A program made the position numbers and the translations under genes. The notes under the pieces are model-generated. The model worked only from the letters and a program-made list of their open reading frames with translations. It made no database searches and was not told where the DNA came from. DNA of 64,000 bases, taken from Enterobacteria phage vB_EcoM_IME339. The stretch lies in the sequence record MH051915. One strand, written 5' to 3'. Shown piece after piece: positions 20,117 to 30,321 of this stretch. Numbering within the stretch: position 1 is the first letter of the stretch; each line of letters begins with the position of its first letter.

Positions 20117-21889
20117 TTAATTAACTCCAGTCGCATCAAATACACCAGGAGCAGTCGTGCTCGTTACGGGTGTCATATTATGAACGACAGTATTTTTCTT
20201 AATAACATTATTAGTATTATTGATCGAAGGAGATGCTTGTTGAACAGGAGCTTGCTGTGCTTTGTTCTTTTCTATTACCTGGACTTGTTTTGCTTCTGGC
20301 GATTTAGCAGAAGTTTCAGGCTTGGCATTAGGCTGATTTTTCTTGAGCTCTTGATAAGTAGCATCAATTTTAGAAAATCTAGCAGCAAGTTCTTTTTTAA
20401 CTGCCGGTGAATTATTTAAATCCGGGTCATCCATTCGTTTTTTAAGGTCTTCATAGGCAGCTTCAACTGATTTAACCGTTGAGTCTTTACTCATATCAGC
20501 CGAATCAGCGTATTTTTCAAAACGAATCATCGCGGCACGGGCTTCATTAGCCTTCATTAAAGCATTTTTTCTTTCTTCTGGTGAAAGTTGCTTTAATTTT
20601 TCTTCTTCTGCTGCACGTTCTTCGTCGGTAGTTAGTGCTTCTTTATTATCAACGCCACGAATCCAGTTAGATGCACGTGTTTTCCAATTAGCAATTTTAT
20701 CTAATCCTTTTGCTATCGGACCAAGGTCTCCGTTCATTCGTTTATCTTGATAATTTGCAACTTTTTCCTGGTCTTCTTTATTGAGAGATGCTCCAGTAGA
20801 ATTTTGGAAATTTTCCAGCGCTCTTCCTTCTACTTCATCAGCAGTATCCTTCATACCAGGAATGACTCGAAGAATTGCAGCAGATAATTTAGCCATTCCA
20901 AGCTGAATAAGTTCTCCTAAATTATAAAGAACCTTTCCAAGCCCTTCTACAATAGCTACCGTCAAACCGCCCCAATCTCCCTCTTCCCAGAATTTTTTAA
21001 TTTCATCAATAGAACTAAAGATGCTCTGTAATAAAGGACCCCATGTTCCGGTTTCGCTAGAGAATTTAGTAAAGTCTGTACTAAACAAATCCCAAGCCTG
21101 CGAAAATTTATCTGACCAATATTTGAAATGAACCATCAGCAGATCTATTCCAACAACAACAGCCAATATCATTGCAGTCATTTTAGCGGCTTCAATAGCA
21201 GCACTGACGGTATACTTAAATAACATGCTTGATATTTTATCAGTAATTGAAATAGATTTCTTAAATCCGAAATCAACAGTCTTTGTTAATTTATCTAAAG
21301 CTTGAGATAATTTTAAGTTAAATGCGTCTTTTTTCTGTTTTTCTTCTGGCGATTCTTGTTTAGGTTCAACTGGCTGAGGGGTAGGGAAAAAATCAGCATC
21401 AGGATCATTATTAACTGCTTCAGGAGCTGGTAATAAAGGACCAACAGATTCAGCTGTATCGTCCTCAACAACTTTAACAGGAATAGCGCTTTCAACCGTA
21501 GCTAAACTAGTTCCAGTCTGTTGAATTCCGGCTGTCTGGATTTTTTGCTCAAGTAAACTCGTTAATTTATCTAATTTACTTCCGAGCGATTCACCGATTT
21601 CTTTATTAATATTATTGCCAATTTCGACAGTTTCAGCAATTAACTCAGAACCAGCAGTAGTATCACTCACTGCGCTTTCTACATTGTCAATTGCTCCAAT
21701 TATTTCATTCGATTTTTCTTCAACAGTTTGAGCAATTAATTCAGAAGCAGCTTGAGCATCATCCAATTTCGTAGATATATCGTTAAGTCCAGATAAAGTG
21801 TTAGAAGCGGATTTAGCCGCTTCCTGTGTTGGTTTATTATCTGAAATAACTTTTCTACGCATCGTTTGCATTTCTTGTGGCTTTTTCAT
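20117..21889 (-). CDS. 29: Tail tape measure / baseplate hub protein gp29
   Basis: Length 590 aa and synteny. Confidence 0.9.
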   Translation of the reverse strand: MKKPQEMQTMRRKVISDNKPTQEAAKSASNTLSGLNDISTKLDDAQAASELIAQTVEEKSNEIIGAIDNVESAVSDTTAGSELIAETVEIGNNINKEIGESLGSKLDKLTSLLEQKIQTAGIQQTGTSLATVESAIPVKVVEDDTAESVGPLLPAPEAVNNDPDADFFPTPQPVEPKQESPEEKQKKDAFNLKLSQALDKLTKTVDFGFKKSISITDKISSMLFKYTVSAAIEAAKMTAMILAVVVGIDLLMVHFKYWSDKFSQAWDLFSTDFTKFSSETGTWGPLLQSIFSSIDEIKKFWEEGDWGGLTVAIVEGLGKVLYNLGELIQLGMAKLSAAILRVIPGMKDTADEVEGRALENFQNSTGASLNKEDQEKVANYQDKRMNGDLGPIAKGLDKIANWKTRASNWIRGVDNKEALTTDEERAAEEEKLKQLSPEERKNALMKANEARAAMIRFEKYADSADMSKDSTVKSVEAAYEDLKKRMDDPDLNNSPAVKKELAARFSKIDATYQELKKNQPNAKPETSAKSPEAKQVQVIEKNKAQQAPVQQASPSINNTNNVIKKNTVVHNMTPVTSTTAPGVFDATGVN

Positions 21890-22419
21890 TCAAATAATCC
21901 AATAATATTGCCAATTCCGGTTATTGGACCATTAGGGCCAGGAATTGCTAAAGTTGTAAAAATATCATTTGCCCATTTTAAAACGAATGCTGGCATCTCA
22001 AGAAAATTAATTTCTTTAACTTCATCATTGACCTTAAGCAAGCATTTGGATAACATATCGCTCACCGTTAAAAATTGTTCAAATTTTCCAGGAGGTCTAA
22101 AATAAAATGTATTTCCTTGGTATTGAAATTCTAATCTTTGGCATACATAAACATCATTAATGTCATAAGTATAACCATCTATTTCTTTACGAGATTTAAT
22201 CTTTCCATTAAATTCCAATAAATGAATGGAAACGAAATCAACTTCTGCTGGTGATAAATTCGGACAAATAGAATCAATAAGAAGTTTTAAATTTTCATCA
22301 GGACCTTTAACATCTTTTAAAATGTTATAATGTTTAAGACCCATTTTAGGAATAGAAACTTCTTTATTGCTTATTGGAAGAACTACTTTCTTCAGTGGTA
22401 GTATCAGATTTAAATTCAT
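21886..22419 (-). CDS. 28: Baseplate hub distal subunit gp28
   Basis: Length 177 aa and synteny; 56-nt overlap with gene 27. Confidence 0.85.
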   Translation of the reverse strand: MNLNLILPLKKVVLPISNKEVSIPKMGLKHYNILKDVKGPDENLKLLIDSICPNLSPAEVDFVSIHLLEFNGKIKSRKEIDGYTYDINDVYVCQRLEFQYQGNTFYFRPPGKFEQFLTVSDMLSKCLLKVNDEVKEINFLEMPAFVLKWANDIFTTLAIPGPNGPITGIGNIIGLFE

Positions 22420-23539
22420 TTTTAACCTTAACTGGGTCTATTGTTTCCAGTTTCGTTGCATTAGTGAACATATATAGATGAGTTACTGAATTATTATTGG
22501 ATAATTCATGGATAACTTCATCAACGTAAAATTCTGTTTTAAATTGGTTTTTACTATCATTAAAAATAATTTTAACGCCAGGAGTCAAGTTAAAATTACC
22601 GACAGTAGAACATTTAGCATAGCCATCGTATTGTGCCATAGTTTGAAGACGAATAGCTTCTTCATATCCATTCCTATAAGTCATTTCAGAATAAGCACCT
22701 GACCTTGATACTACAATAGAGTTTTCGCCCTTTCCTGTAGTAATCATTGGCAATGAAGAATCTAAAAATGAATGAGCATAGATAGTAGCATTTTTCATTG
22801 GGTCGCGTTTATGAGGATTCGATTTAGTCAACCAAACGAAATCATATGCTAATGGATATTTTAATTCTTGGATGAATTGACCTATTAAAGATGGCTCACC
22901 GACAATCATTGGATATGGTTCTTGATTTATCATCATATCATAGTCCATCATGTTAACTCCCATGATGTCTTGCCACACAAATACAAATTTGTCACTTCCT
23001 ACAGCTAGAGCAACTTCCCTGACATACGACAAATAGTTTTCAAATGTGCTAGTCCATGGAATATCAGGAACATAGGCATTTATGGCATTTATAGCTGGAG
23101 TTAATAACGTGCGATCCTGATAAATGACACCAAGCATTTCCTTTATAGATTCACCCGCATCAGAGAAAAACGGTCTGCCAAATTTAAGATTTTCTATAGA
23201 ATGAATAGTTCCCAATTCAATAGCAATGATGTTATCACCCTTTGAATCTACTGACACGGAAAAATGCTTACATCCATAAATTCGTGTTTTAACATTATTA
23301 ATATCGTTTGCGTTAGCTACAGAAATCTGAATTATTTCATTTCCATCCATTTTTGTATGGATATTTTTAGAATCATAAAACTGCAGCATTCCTTCATTTC
23401 GGCCATAAAGAGAATCCCGCATAGTTAATGTGGTAATAGTAGCAGCTAATTCAACAAATCTATTATTACTCCAAGCGTCGTAGCTATCAAATAATTTAAC
23501 GCTGAGATTTGGATATCCTGGGCGTTGCAACATACTCAT
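22364..23539 (-). CDS. 27: Baseplate hub subunit gp27
   Basis: Length 391 aa and synteny. Confidence 0.9.
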   Translation of the reverse strand: MSMLQRPGYPNLSVKLFDSYDAWSNNRFVELAATITTLTMRDSLYGRNEGMLQFYDSKNIHTKMDGNEIIQISVANANDINNVKTRIYGCKHFSVSVDSKGDNIIAIELGTIHSIENLKFGRPFFSDAGESIKEMLGVIYQDRTLLTPAINAINAYVPDIPWTSTFENYLSYVREVALAVGSDKFVFVWQDIMGVNMMDYDMMINQEPYPMIVGEPSLIGQFIQELKYPLAYDFVWLTKSNPHKRDPMKNATIYAHSFLDSSLPMITTGKGENSIVVSRSGAYSEMTYRNGYEEAIRLQTMAQYDGYAKCSTVGNFNLTPGVKIIFNDSKNQFKTEFYVDEVIHELSNNNSVTHLYMFTNATKLETIDPVKVKNEFKSDTTTEESSSSNKQ

Positions 23540-24288
23540 TATTGTTTATCCTTCTCAATCAGTTTTAATACGAATCCGCGCTCAGCAGGAATCATTTTCA
23601 TTATTGAATTTAAGCTATAATTACTTTTTACGAGCGTGTGATTGATTTGATAAAAAGTAAATATTTCATCTGGGTTAACTAATAGCTTAAACACATCTAC
23701 TATATCAGTGTATTTTTTTACATACTTATTACAACATGACATATGCAATGTTAAATTAATAGGATTCATTGCATCGAGAATTTTTTCTAATGTTTCTATC
23801 TCGATGGCATCAACAAGTTCTATTTGACTTGATTCGCTAATTTCCTTCCAATCATACCACATTTCATCTACTTGAACGGAATGAATATTTTCAGTAATCA
23901 TCTTTGCTTTATTTTCATAAAACTCAGAAGGAAACTTTAATTTAATTTTAACATTAGCTACATCAAAAACAGGTTCCTTTAATTCTTTTTGATATATTTC
24001 AAATGGAACTGTCTTTTCTTTTTTACATTTTGGACATACAAATGTGACCGGTACTTTAGTTTTACCTATTGACCCTACAAATACCTGCAAAAATATAAAT
24101 GGTTGCCAAGTCTTCGGATAGTCTCCAAAATAATCGGCAATTAAATCAGCAATTATTTCTTTTTGTTCTTGTGGTGACCGATGTTCTATATCGTTTCGAA
24201 CTAACAAAAAATCTCGATAATCTTCTACCGTAAATGGTTTAAAACGATGAACACCATCTGGTAATTTACAACGAATAATGTTTGCCAT
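23539..24288 (-). CDS. 51: Baseplate hub assembly catalyst gp51
   Basis: Length 249 aa and synteny; AAGGAG SD. Confidence 0.88.
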   Translation of the reverse strand: MANIIRCKLPDGVHRFKPFTVEDYRDFLLVRNDIEHRSPQEQKEIIADLIADYFGDYPKTWQPFIFLQVFVGSIGKTKVPVTFVCPKCKKEKTVPFEIYQKELKEPVFDVANVKIKLKFPSEFYENKAKMITENIHSVQVDEMWYDWKEISESSQIELVDAIEIETLEKILDAMNPINLTLHMSCCNKYVKKYTDIVDVFKLLVNPDEIFTFYQINHTLVKSNYSLNSIMKMIPAERGFVLKLIEKDKQ

Positions 24289-24305
24289 AGATGCTCCTTT
24301 TATTC

Positions 24306-24317
24306 TATTTATAAATA
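24306..24317. promoter_or_regulatory. Divergent late promoters: palindromic TATTTATAAATA between genes 51 (-) and 26 (+)
   Basis: TATAAATA reads on the + strand at 24310-24317 and on the - strand at 24306-24313. Confidence 0.65.
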
Positions 24318-24338
24318 TGATAAATAAAGGAGCTAAAT

Positions 24339-24965
24339 ATGTATGAATACAAATTTGATGTGAGAGTTGGTTCTAAAATAATCAACTGTCGCGCATTTAC
24401 TCTTAAAGAATATCTAGAACTTATTACTGCTAAAAAGAACGGTTCAGTAGAAGAGATCGTTAAAAAGCTAATTAAAGACTGTACAAATGCAAAAGATTTA
24501 AACCGTCAAGAATCAGAACTACTGCTGATTCATTTATGGGCGCATTCTCTTGGAGAAGTTAATCACGAAAACTCCTGGAAGTGCACCTGTGGAACTGAAA
24601 TACCAACCCATATAAATCTATTACATACACAAATAGATGCACCAGAAGACCTCTGGTATACACTGGGTGACATTAAAATTAAGTTCCATTACCCTAAAAT
24701 TTTTGATGATAAAAATATAGCCCACATGATAGTATCATGTATAGAAACGATTCATGCTAACGGTGAAAGCATTCCAGTTGAAGACTTAAATGAAAAAGAA
24801 TTGGAAGATTTATATTCTATCATCACAGAGTCAGATATTGTAGCTATAAAAGATATGCTTTTAAAGCCTACTGTTTATTTGGCTGTTCCAATTAAGTGTC
24901 CAGAGTGTGGAAAAACTCACGCTCATGTAATAAGAGGACTCAAAGAATTCTTTGAGCTATTGTAA
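24339..24965 (+). CDS. 26: Baseplate hub subunit gp26
   Basis: Length 208 aa and synteny. Confidence 0.88.
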   Translation: MYEYKFDVRVGSKIINCRAFTLKEYLELITAKKNGSVEEIVKKLIKDCTNAKDLNRQESELLLIHLWAHSLGEVNHENSWKCTCGTEIPTHINLLHTQIDAPEDLWYTLGDIKIKFHYPKIFDDKNIAHMIVSCIETIHANGESIPVEDLNEKELEDLYSIITESDIVAIKDMLLKPTVYLAVPIKCPECGKTHAHVIRGLKEFFELL

Positions 24966-25363
24966 TGGCAAATATTAATAAGCTTTATTCTGACATTGAC
25001 CCAGAAATGAAAATGGATTGGGACAAAGACGTTTCCAGATCTCTTGGATTAAGGTCAATTAAAAATAGCCTTTTAGGAATTATTACAACCAGGAAAGGGT
25101 CAAGGCCATTTGACCCGGAATTTGGATGTGATTTATCTGACCAGCTTTTTGAGAATATGACTCCTCTTACTGCTGATACTGTTGAGCGTAACATTGAAAG
25201 CGCAGTAAGAAACTACGAGCCGCGTATTGATAAATTAGCAGTTAATGTAATACCGGTTTATGATGATTATACTCTAATAGTAGAAATACGCTTTTCAGTC
25301 ATCGATAACCCTGATGATATTGAGCAGATAAAACTGCAACTGGCTTCTAGTAACAGAGTATAA
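24965..25363 (+). CDS. 25: Baseplate wedge protein gp25
   Basis: Length 132 aa and synteny. Confidence 0.9.
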   Translation: MANINKLYSDIDPEMKMDWDKDVSRSLGLRSIKNSLLGIITTRKGSRPFDPEFGCDLSDQLFENMTPLTADTVERNIESAVRNYEPRIDKLAVNVIPVYDDYTLIVEIRFSVIDNPDDIEQIKLQLASSNRV

Positions 25364-25389
25364 TGCTTCACGTATAAACGTGGTATAAT
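25364..25389 (+). promoter_or_regulatory. Candidate MotA-dependent middle promoter for uvsY
   Basis: MotA-box-like TGCTTCA followed 13 nt later by TATAAT. Confidence 0.55.
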
Positions 25390-25429
25390 GAATCTAAGTC
25401 CATCCAATAACAATTGAATAGAGAACAAT

Positions 25430-25843
25430 ATGAAATTAGAAGATCTTCAAGAAGAATTGAAGAAAGATGTGTTTATAGATTCGACTAAATTACAGTATGA
25501 AGCAGCTAATAACGTAATGTTATATAGTAAATGGCTTAATAAGCATTCAAGTATTAAAAAGGAAATGCTTAGAATTGACGCGCAGAAAAAAGTTGCTCTT
25601 AAAGCTAAATTAGACTACTACTCGGGACGAGGAGATGGTGATGAATTTAGTATGGATCGTTATGAGAAATCAGAAATGAAGACAGTTCTATCAGCTGATA
25701 AGGATGTTTTAAAAGTTGATACTTCATTGCAATATTGGGGAATTTTATTGGATTTCTGTAGCGGAGCTCTTGATGCTATTAAATCACGCGGATTTGCTAT
25801 TAAGCATATTCAAGACATGCGAGCATTTGAGGCTGGAAAATAA
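25430..25843 (+). CDS. uvsY: Recombination mediator UvsY
   Basis: Length 137 aa and synteny. Confidence 0.9.
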   Translation: MKLEDLQEELKKDVFIDSTKLQYEAANNVMLYSKWLNKHSSIKKEMLRIDAQKKVALKAKLDYYSGRGDGDEFSMDRYEKSEMKTVLSADKDVLKVDTSLQYWGILLDFCSGALDAIKSRGFAIKHIQDMRAFEAGK

Positions 25844-26067
25844 TGAAATATAGCATTGATGATGCTTTTAATTATGAAGAAGAATTTGAAACGGAAATTC
25901 AATTCTTAATGAAAAAGTATAATCTCAAGCGTCAGGATATTCGTATCCTGGCCGACCATCCATGCGGTGAAGATGTACTTTATATTAAAGGAAAATTTGC
26001 CGGATATCTTGATGAATATTTTTATTCTAAAGATATGGGCATTGATATGCATATGAGAGTTATATAA
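25843..26067 (+). CDS. Hypothetical protein downstream of uvsY (uvsY.-1 position), 74 aa
   Basis: ORF with ATGA overlap. Confidence 0.6.
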   Translation: MKYSIDDAFNYEEEFETEIQFLMKKYNLKRQDIRILADHPCGEDVLYIKGKFAGYLDEYFYSKDMGIDMHMRVI

Positions 26068-26095
26068 ATAGATATATAATTTAGAGGAGACAATC

Positions 26096-26263
26096 ATGTC
26101 AGATAAGATTTGTGTTGTCTGTAAAACTCCAATCGATTCTGCATTGGTTGTTGAAACAGACAAAGGTCCTGTACATCCTGGGCCTTGCTATAATTACATT
26201 AAAGAACTACCAGTTTCAGAAAGTTCGGAAGAACAATTAAATGAAACACAACTTTTGCTATAG
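26096..26263 (+). CDS. Hypothetical Cys-containing small protein (uvsY.-2 position), 55 aa
   Basis: Not in the ORF track (under 60 aa); GAGGAG SD; paired CxxC-like Cys residues; TATAAATA at 26063-26070. Confidence 0.5.
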   Translation: MSDKICVVCKTPIDSALVVETDKGPVHPGPCYNYIKELPVSESSEEQLNETQLLL

Positions 26264-26286
26264 TGTGACCTTTAGTCTATAGTTTT

Positions 26287-26316
26287 GGCCCTTCCTTTTT
26301 GGTTGGGCCTTTTTTA
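26287..26316 (+). terminator. Stem-loop GGCCC...GGGCC followed by TTTTTTAATTT
   Basis: GC stem plus U-run between convergent uvsY.-2 and uvsW.1. Confidence 0.6.
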
Positions 26317-26318
26317 AT

Positions 26319-26609
26319 TTAAAAGCTTTCTTCTACTTCATCGTCTGAATCTTCTAATTCAGCTCTTTTTCCTGCCAAAGCATCTCTCACAGAGATGTCA
26401 TCAGTATCTTTTAATTCAGTTTCTTTAACTCTTTTCTTATAATAAGCTTCAAGTTCTTCTAGACCTTCTAATGTTTGACAATCTTTAACTCTTTTCTTAT
26501 AATAAGCTTCAAGTTCTTCTAGACCTTCTAATGTTTGACAAGAGGCAATTTTACCCATAAATTCATCAATAGAAGCTTCATAAAGAAATTGTTTAAATTC
26601 TAGTAACAT
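26319..26609 (-). CDS. uvsW.1: UvsW.1 carrying an internal 20-aa tandem duplication (96 aa here)
   Basis: Track start 26621 is TTG; ATG at 26609 with GGAG SD; the two 20-aa repeats sit in register as CQTLEGLEELEAYYKKRVKD / CQTLEGLEELEAYYKKRVKE, with an identical 19-residue core. Confidence 0.8.
   Translation of the reverse strand: MLLEFKQFLYEASIDEFMGKIASCQTLEGLEELEAYYKKRVKDCQTLEGLEELEAYYKKRVKETELKDTDDISVRDALAGKRAELEDSDDEVEESF
26422..26541. repeat. Perfect 60-bp tandem direct duplication (2 copies) inside uvsW.1
   Basis: 26422-26481 is identical to 26482-26541. Confidence 0.9.
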
Positions 26610-26634
26610 CTTTTTCTCCAAAGGGCCGAAGCCC

Positions 26635-28146
26635 TTATAAATTAACTGTTTTCATTACGTAATTAAATTTTTCATCTGCGTAGCGCTGAATACGATCAAT
26701 ACCGTGTTTTAAAAGATAGTTCAAATGAACATATTTCTTTTTCGTATTAGCAGATTTTGGCTTAACACCGCAATCATCAATGAGGTCCCAGACCGTTGCG
26801 ATTGTTTTAGAACCGTGCTTACGTAATACGCGACCTATTGTTTGCAATACAATAATTTTAGATTTAACACCGTGCGCTAAAACAACGTGATGTAGATTTT
26901 TAACTGAAATACCAGTAGAAAATACACCATAACTAGCTACTATAATTATTCCTTTACCGTTTTCAGCTAAGGTTTTCATTACGTTGCGTGTTTCGGTATC
27001 AACTTCCCCTGATACGTAATAAACTTTATCGTATTCATTTTTAATTAAATCGAAAATAGCTTTACCGTGCGATACGTGTTTAAACATGACAAAAGCGTTT
27101 TCATCTTTTTGTGCAAGTTTAATAGCTAATTTAGCGATCCATTTATTTCTTTTACTGAGCCCAGTAATAATTTTTATTTCTTCTTGGTAAGTTTTTCCCT
27201 TTAATTTAGTAGTGAACTCATCGGGATAGCGAAGAAAAATACTATTAATTTTTAGCTCAGTTACTTGTCCATCTTCCATTAATTTAGAAGTCGTTACTGG
27301 CTTAAATATTTCACCAAACATTCCAACATACTGCATGATATTGGCTTTGCCATCACGTAATGAACCAGACAAACCGAATTTGAACATGCAGTTATTTAAA
27401 CCTGATATGATAGATGAAATACTTTTTCCTGTAGCAAGATGGCATTCATCATTCATCATCATTCCAAACTGTGAGAACCATTCTTTTGGTTGTTTTACTA
27501 CAGTTTGCCATGTACCAACAATTACCGGTGCATCATTTTTATATTTATCATCTTTTGATGCTCCGCCGCCGATTTTCTTTATCATTGCATGACTGAATAA
27601 ACGATAATCAACAAAGTCATCAGCCATCTGAGTTGTTAAAGCAGTTGTTGGAACAATGATAAGAATTTTACCTTCATAATTTTCCAAATAATAACGTGCA
27701 AGCAAAGCTTGAATTAAAGATTTACCTGCGGATGTTGGAAGATTAAGAATTCTACGACGATTAACTAATCCTTCGAACACTGCATCTTTTTGATACCAGT
27801 GTGGTTCAATTCTTTTATTTCCTGAATAGATTTCTAACTTAGAAAGCCATTCATCAAAATCTTTTCTTGATAATTCTTCTTTTTCGTTAATTTGCGGGTC
27901 AATCCAAGCTTTATAGCCAAAGTTATCGCAGAACTTTTTAATTTGCCCGACTAAACCAAACGGAAGAAGGCGATTATAATCTAATAGACGGATTCGTCCA
28001 TCCCAGTGACCATACTTGTATTTCGGATTAAAACGATACCCATCAGCTTCGAAGCTAAAGAAATCACGGAGTTCATGAAATGTACTTTCTTCACAATCAA
28101 TTCTCACGTGACTAAAATCATAAAAATGCACTTTAATGTCAGTCAT
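26635..28146 (-). CDS. uvsW: UvsW RNA-DNA/DNA helicase (SF2)
   Basis: Walker A LPTSAGKS, DExH-type NDECH; length 503 aa and synteny. Confidence 0.93.
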   Translation of the reverse strand: MTDIKVHFYDFSHVRIDCEESTFHELRDFFSFEADGYRFNPKYKYGHWDGRIRLLDYNRLLPFGLVGQIKKFCDNFGYKAWIDPQINEKEELSRKDFDEWLSKLEIYSGNKRIEPHWYQKDAVFEGLVNRRRILNLPTSAGKSLIQALLARYYLENYEGKILIIVPTTALTTQMADDFVDYRLFSHAMIKKIGGGASKDDKYKNDAPVIVGTWQTVVKQPKEWFSQFGMMMNDECHLATGKSISSIISGLNNCMFKFGLSGSLRDGKANIMQYVGMFGEIFKPVTTSKLMEDGQVTELKINSIFLRYPDEFTTKLKGKTYQEEIKIITGLSKRNKWIAKLAIKLAQKDENAFVMFKHVSHGKAIFDLIKNEYDKVYYVSGEVDTETRNVMKTLAENGKGIIIVASYGVFSTGISVKNLHHVVLAHGVKSKIIVLQTIGRVLRKHGSKTIATVWDLIDDCGVKPKSANTKKKYVHLNYLLKHGIDRIQRYADEKFNYVMKTVNL

Positions 28147-28175
28147 GTCTAAATACCATGTAATAAATATATCTA

Positions 28176-28183
28176 TATTTATA
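28176..28183 (-). promoter_or_regulatory. Late-promoter motif (TATAAATA on - strand) upstream of uvsW
   Basis: TATTTATA on + strand about 30 nt upstream of the uvsW ATG. Confidence 0.5.
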
Positions 28184-28196
28184 CTGAGGAAATATT

Positions 28197-28877
28197 ATGA
28201 TAGATAAAGATTATATTGCAGAGCTGAAGGCTCTTGATGATAATAAAGAAGCTAAGGCTAAATTAGCTGAATATGCTGAACAGTTTGGTATAAAGGTCAA
28301 AAAGAATAAATCTTTTGATAATATCGTTATTGATATTGAAGAAGCCCTCCAGAAGCTCGCTAGTGAACCTATGCCAGAGACTGATGGGTTATCTATTAAA
28401 GACTTAATCAATGCTGCTGATGCCGCAGACGGATTAAAATATGACGATGAAGAAGTCAATCCAGAGGCAGCACTTCTGATTGATTCTCCGGTTAAATCTG
28501 ACATTAAAATTGAAGTAGTCGAAACGGATAAAATTCCCGAAAATACCGATGTTTTGATTGAAGATACTCCTTTTGTTGAAGAAAAATTCGAGAAGGCTGT
28601 AGCTGAGATTATTGAATCTGAAAAGCCGTCTGTATTTACTCTTCCGGAAAACTTTAGTCCGAATCTTCAGCTGATTGGAAAAAATCCAGGATTCTGTACT
28701 GTTCCTTGGTGGATTTACCAGTGGATTGCTGAAACTCCGGATTGGAAATCTCACCCAACTAGTTTTGAACACGCGTCGGCACATCAAACTTTATTTAGCT
28801 TAATTTACTACATTAACCGTGACGGATCAGTTCTAATTCGTGAAACACGCAACTCTTCTTTCGTAACATTAAAATAA
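28197..28877 (+). CDS. inh: Inh, inhibitor of prohead protease
   Basis: 226-aa ORF immediately upstream of hoc as in T4; GAGGAA SD. Confidence 0.75.
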   Translation: MIDKDYIAELKALDDNKEAKAKLAEYAEQFGIKVKKNKSFDNIVIDIEEALQKLASEPMPETDGLSIKDLINAADAADGLKYDDEEVNPEAALLIDSPVKSDIKIEVVETDKIPENTDVLIEDTPFVEEKFEKAVAEIIESEKPSVFTLPENFSPNLQLIGKNPGFCTVPWWIYQWIAETPDWKSHPTSFEHASAHQTLFSLIYYINRDGSVLIRETRNSSFVTLK

Positions 28878-28886
28878 GGATAACTT

Positions 28887-30017
28887 ATGGCTTTTACAGT
28901 TGATATAACTCCTAAAACACCTACTGGAGTTATAGATCAGACTCAGCAGTTTACTGCTACACCCAGTGGTGAAACTGGAGGTGGAACTATTACCTATGCT
29001 TGGACTGTAGACGATGTTCCACAGGATGGAGCTGAAGCAACTTTTAGTTATGTACTAAAAGGACCTGCCGGTCAAAAGACTATTAAAGTAGTTGCAACAA
29101 ACACAGTTCCAGATACTGATGCTGAAACAGCAGAAGCTACTACAACTATCACAGTTCAAAATAAGACACAGACAACTACCTTAGCTGTAACTCCTGATAG
29201 TCCTGCTGCTGGAGTGATTGGAACTCCTGTTGAATTTACTGCTGCTTTAGCTTCTCAACCATCAGGCGCATCTGCTACGTATCAGTGGCATGTAGATGAT
29301 TCTCCTGTTAGTGAAGCAACTTCCGCTACATTTAACTATACTCCAACTACAAGTGGAGTAAAAAGAATTAAATGCGTAGCCCAAGTAACTGCAGAAAATT
29401 ATAATGAAAAGGAAGTTACTTCCAATGAAGTATCATTGACAGTTAATAAGAAGACAATGAATCCACAGGTTACATTGACTCCTCCTTCTATTAACGTTCA
29501 GCAAGATGCTTCGGCTACATTTACTGCTAACGTTACGGATGCTCCGGAAGAAGCACAAATTACGTATTCATGGAAGAAAGATTCTTCTCCTGTAGAAGGG
29601 TCAACTAATGTATACACCGTTGATACATCATCTATTGGAAGTCAAACTATTGAAGTTACTGCAACTGTTACTGCCACTGATTATGATAGCAAAACTATTA
29701 CAGCAGAAGGTCAAGTTCAGGTAACTGATAAAGTTGCTCCGGAACCAGAAGGTGAATTACCTTATGTTCATCCTCTTCCACATCGCACTTCAGCTTATAT
29801 CTGGTGCGGTTGGTGGGTTATGGATGAAATCCAAAAAATGACTGAAGAAGGTAAAGATTGGAAAACTGAAGATCCAGACAGTAAATACTACCTGCATCGT
29901 TACACTCTTCAGAAGATGATGAAAGACTATCCAGAAGTTGATGTTCAAGAATCGCGCAATGGATACATCATTCATAAAACTGCTTTAGAAACTGGTATCA
30001 TCTATACCTATCCATAA
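28887..30017 (+). CDS. hoc: Hoc, highly immunogenic outer capsid protein (Ig-like domains)
   Basis: 376 aa; repeated Thr/Val-rich beta-sandwich-like segments; synteny. Confidence 0.9.
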   Translation: MAFTVDITPKTPTGVIDQTQQFTATPSGETGGGTITYAWTVDDVPQDGAEATFSYVLKGPAGQKTIKVVATNTVPDTDAETAEATTTITVQNKTQTTTLAVTPDSPAAGVIGTPVEFTAALASQPSGASATYQWHVDDSPVSEATSATFNYTPTTSGVKRIKCVAQVTAENYNEKEVTSNEVSLTVNKKTMNPQVTLTPPSINVQQDASATFTANVTDAPEEAQITYSWKKDSSPVEGSTNVYTVDTSSIGSQTIEVTATVTATDYDSKTITAEGQVQVTDKVAPEPEGELPYVHPLPHRTSAYIWCGWWVMDEIQKMTEEGKDWKTEDPDSKYYLHRYTLQKMMKDYPEVDVQESRNGYIIHKTALETGIIYTYP

Positions 30018-30021
30018 TCTC

Positions 30022-30048
30022 AGGGGCTTCGGCCCCTTTCTTCATTTT
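30022..30048 (+). terminator. Intrinsic terminator AGGGGCTTCGGCCCCT plus T-rich tail
   Basis: Perfect stem with TTCG loop and downstream T-tract. Confidence 0.7.
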
Positions 30049-30105
30049 GAAAGCACACAAAACACACTCAGAAAATGATGTATATAATGGCACCAACTCG
30101 ATAAC

Positions 30106-30321
30106 ATGAGATTGATTATGAGAACTGAGGTTGTGGTGTTTACACTCCATGAGTCTGGAAAGTCATTCATTGAAATTGCTCGTGAATTGAACTTACAGGC
30201 GAAAGAAGTGGCTGTATTATGGGCTCGAGCTATGACTGCTAAGAATAAATTTGAGACTCGAGAAAAAGTTGTCTATAGAAAAAGACATATTAATAAGAAG
30301 GTGAAAAATGGAACAGTATGA
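30106..30321 (+). CDS. Hypothetical small basic protein with possible helix-turn-helix, 71 aa
   Basis: ORF; segment KSFIEIARELNLQAKEVAVLW resembles an HTH; start could be ATG 30118. Confidence 0.5.
   Translation: MRLIMRTEVVVFTLHESGKSFIEIARELNLQAKEVAVLWARAMTAKNKFETREKVVYRKRHINKKVKNGTV

Noticed and set aside
26422-26541. Possible CRISPR array or minisatellite
   Set aside because: Only two directly abutting copies with no spacers, inside a coding frame; it is a coding tandem duplication.
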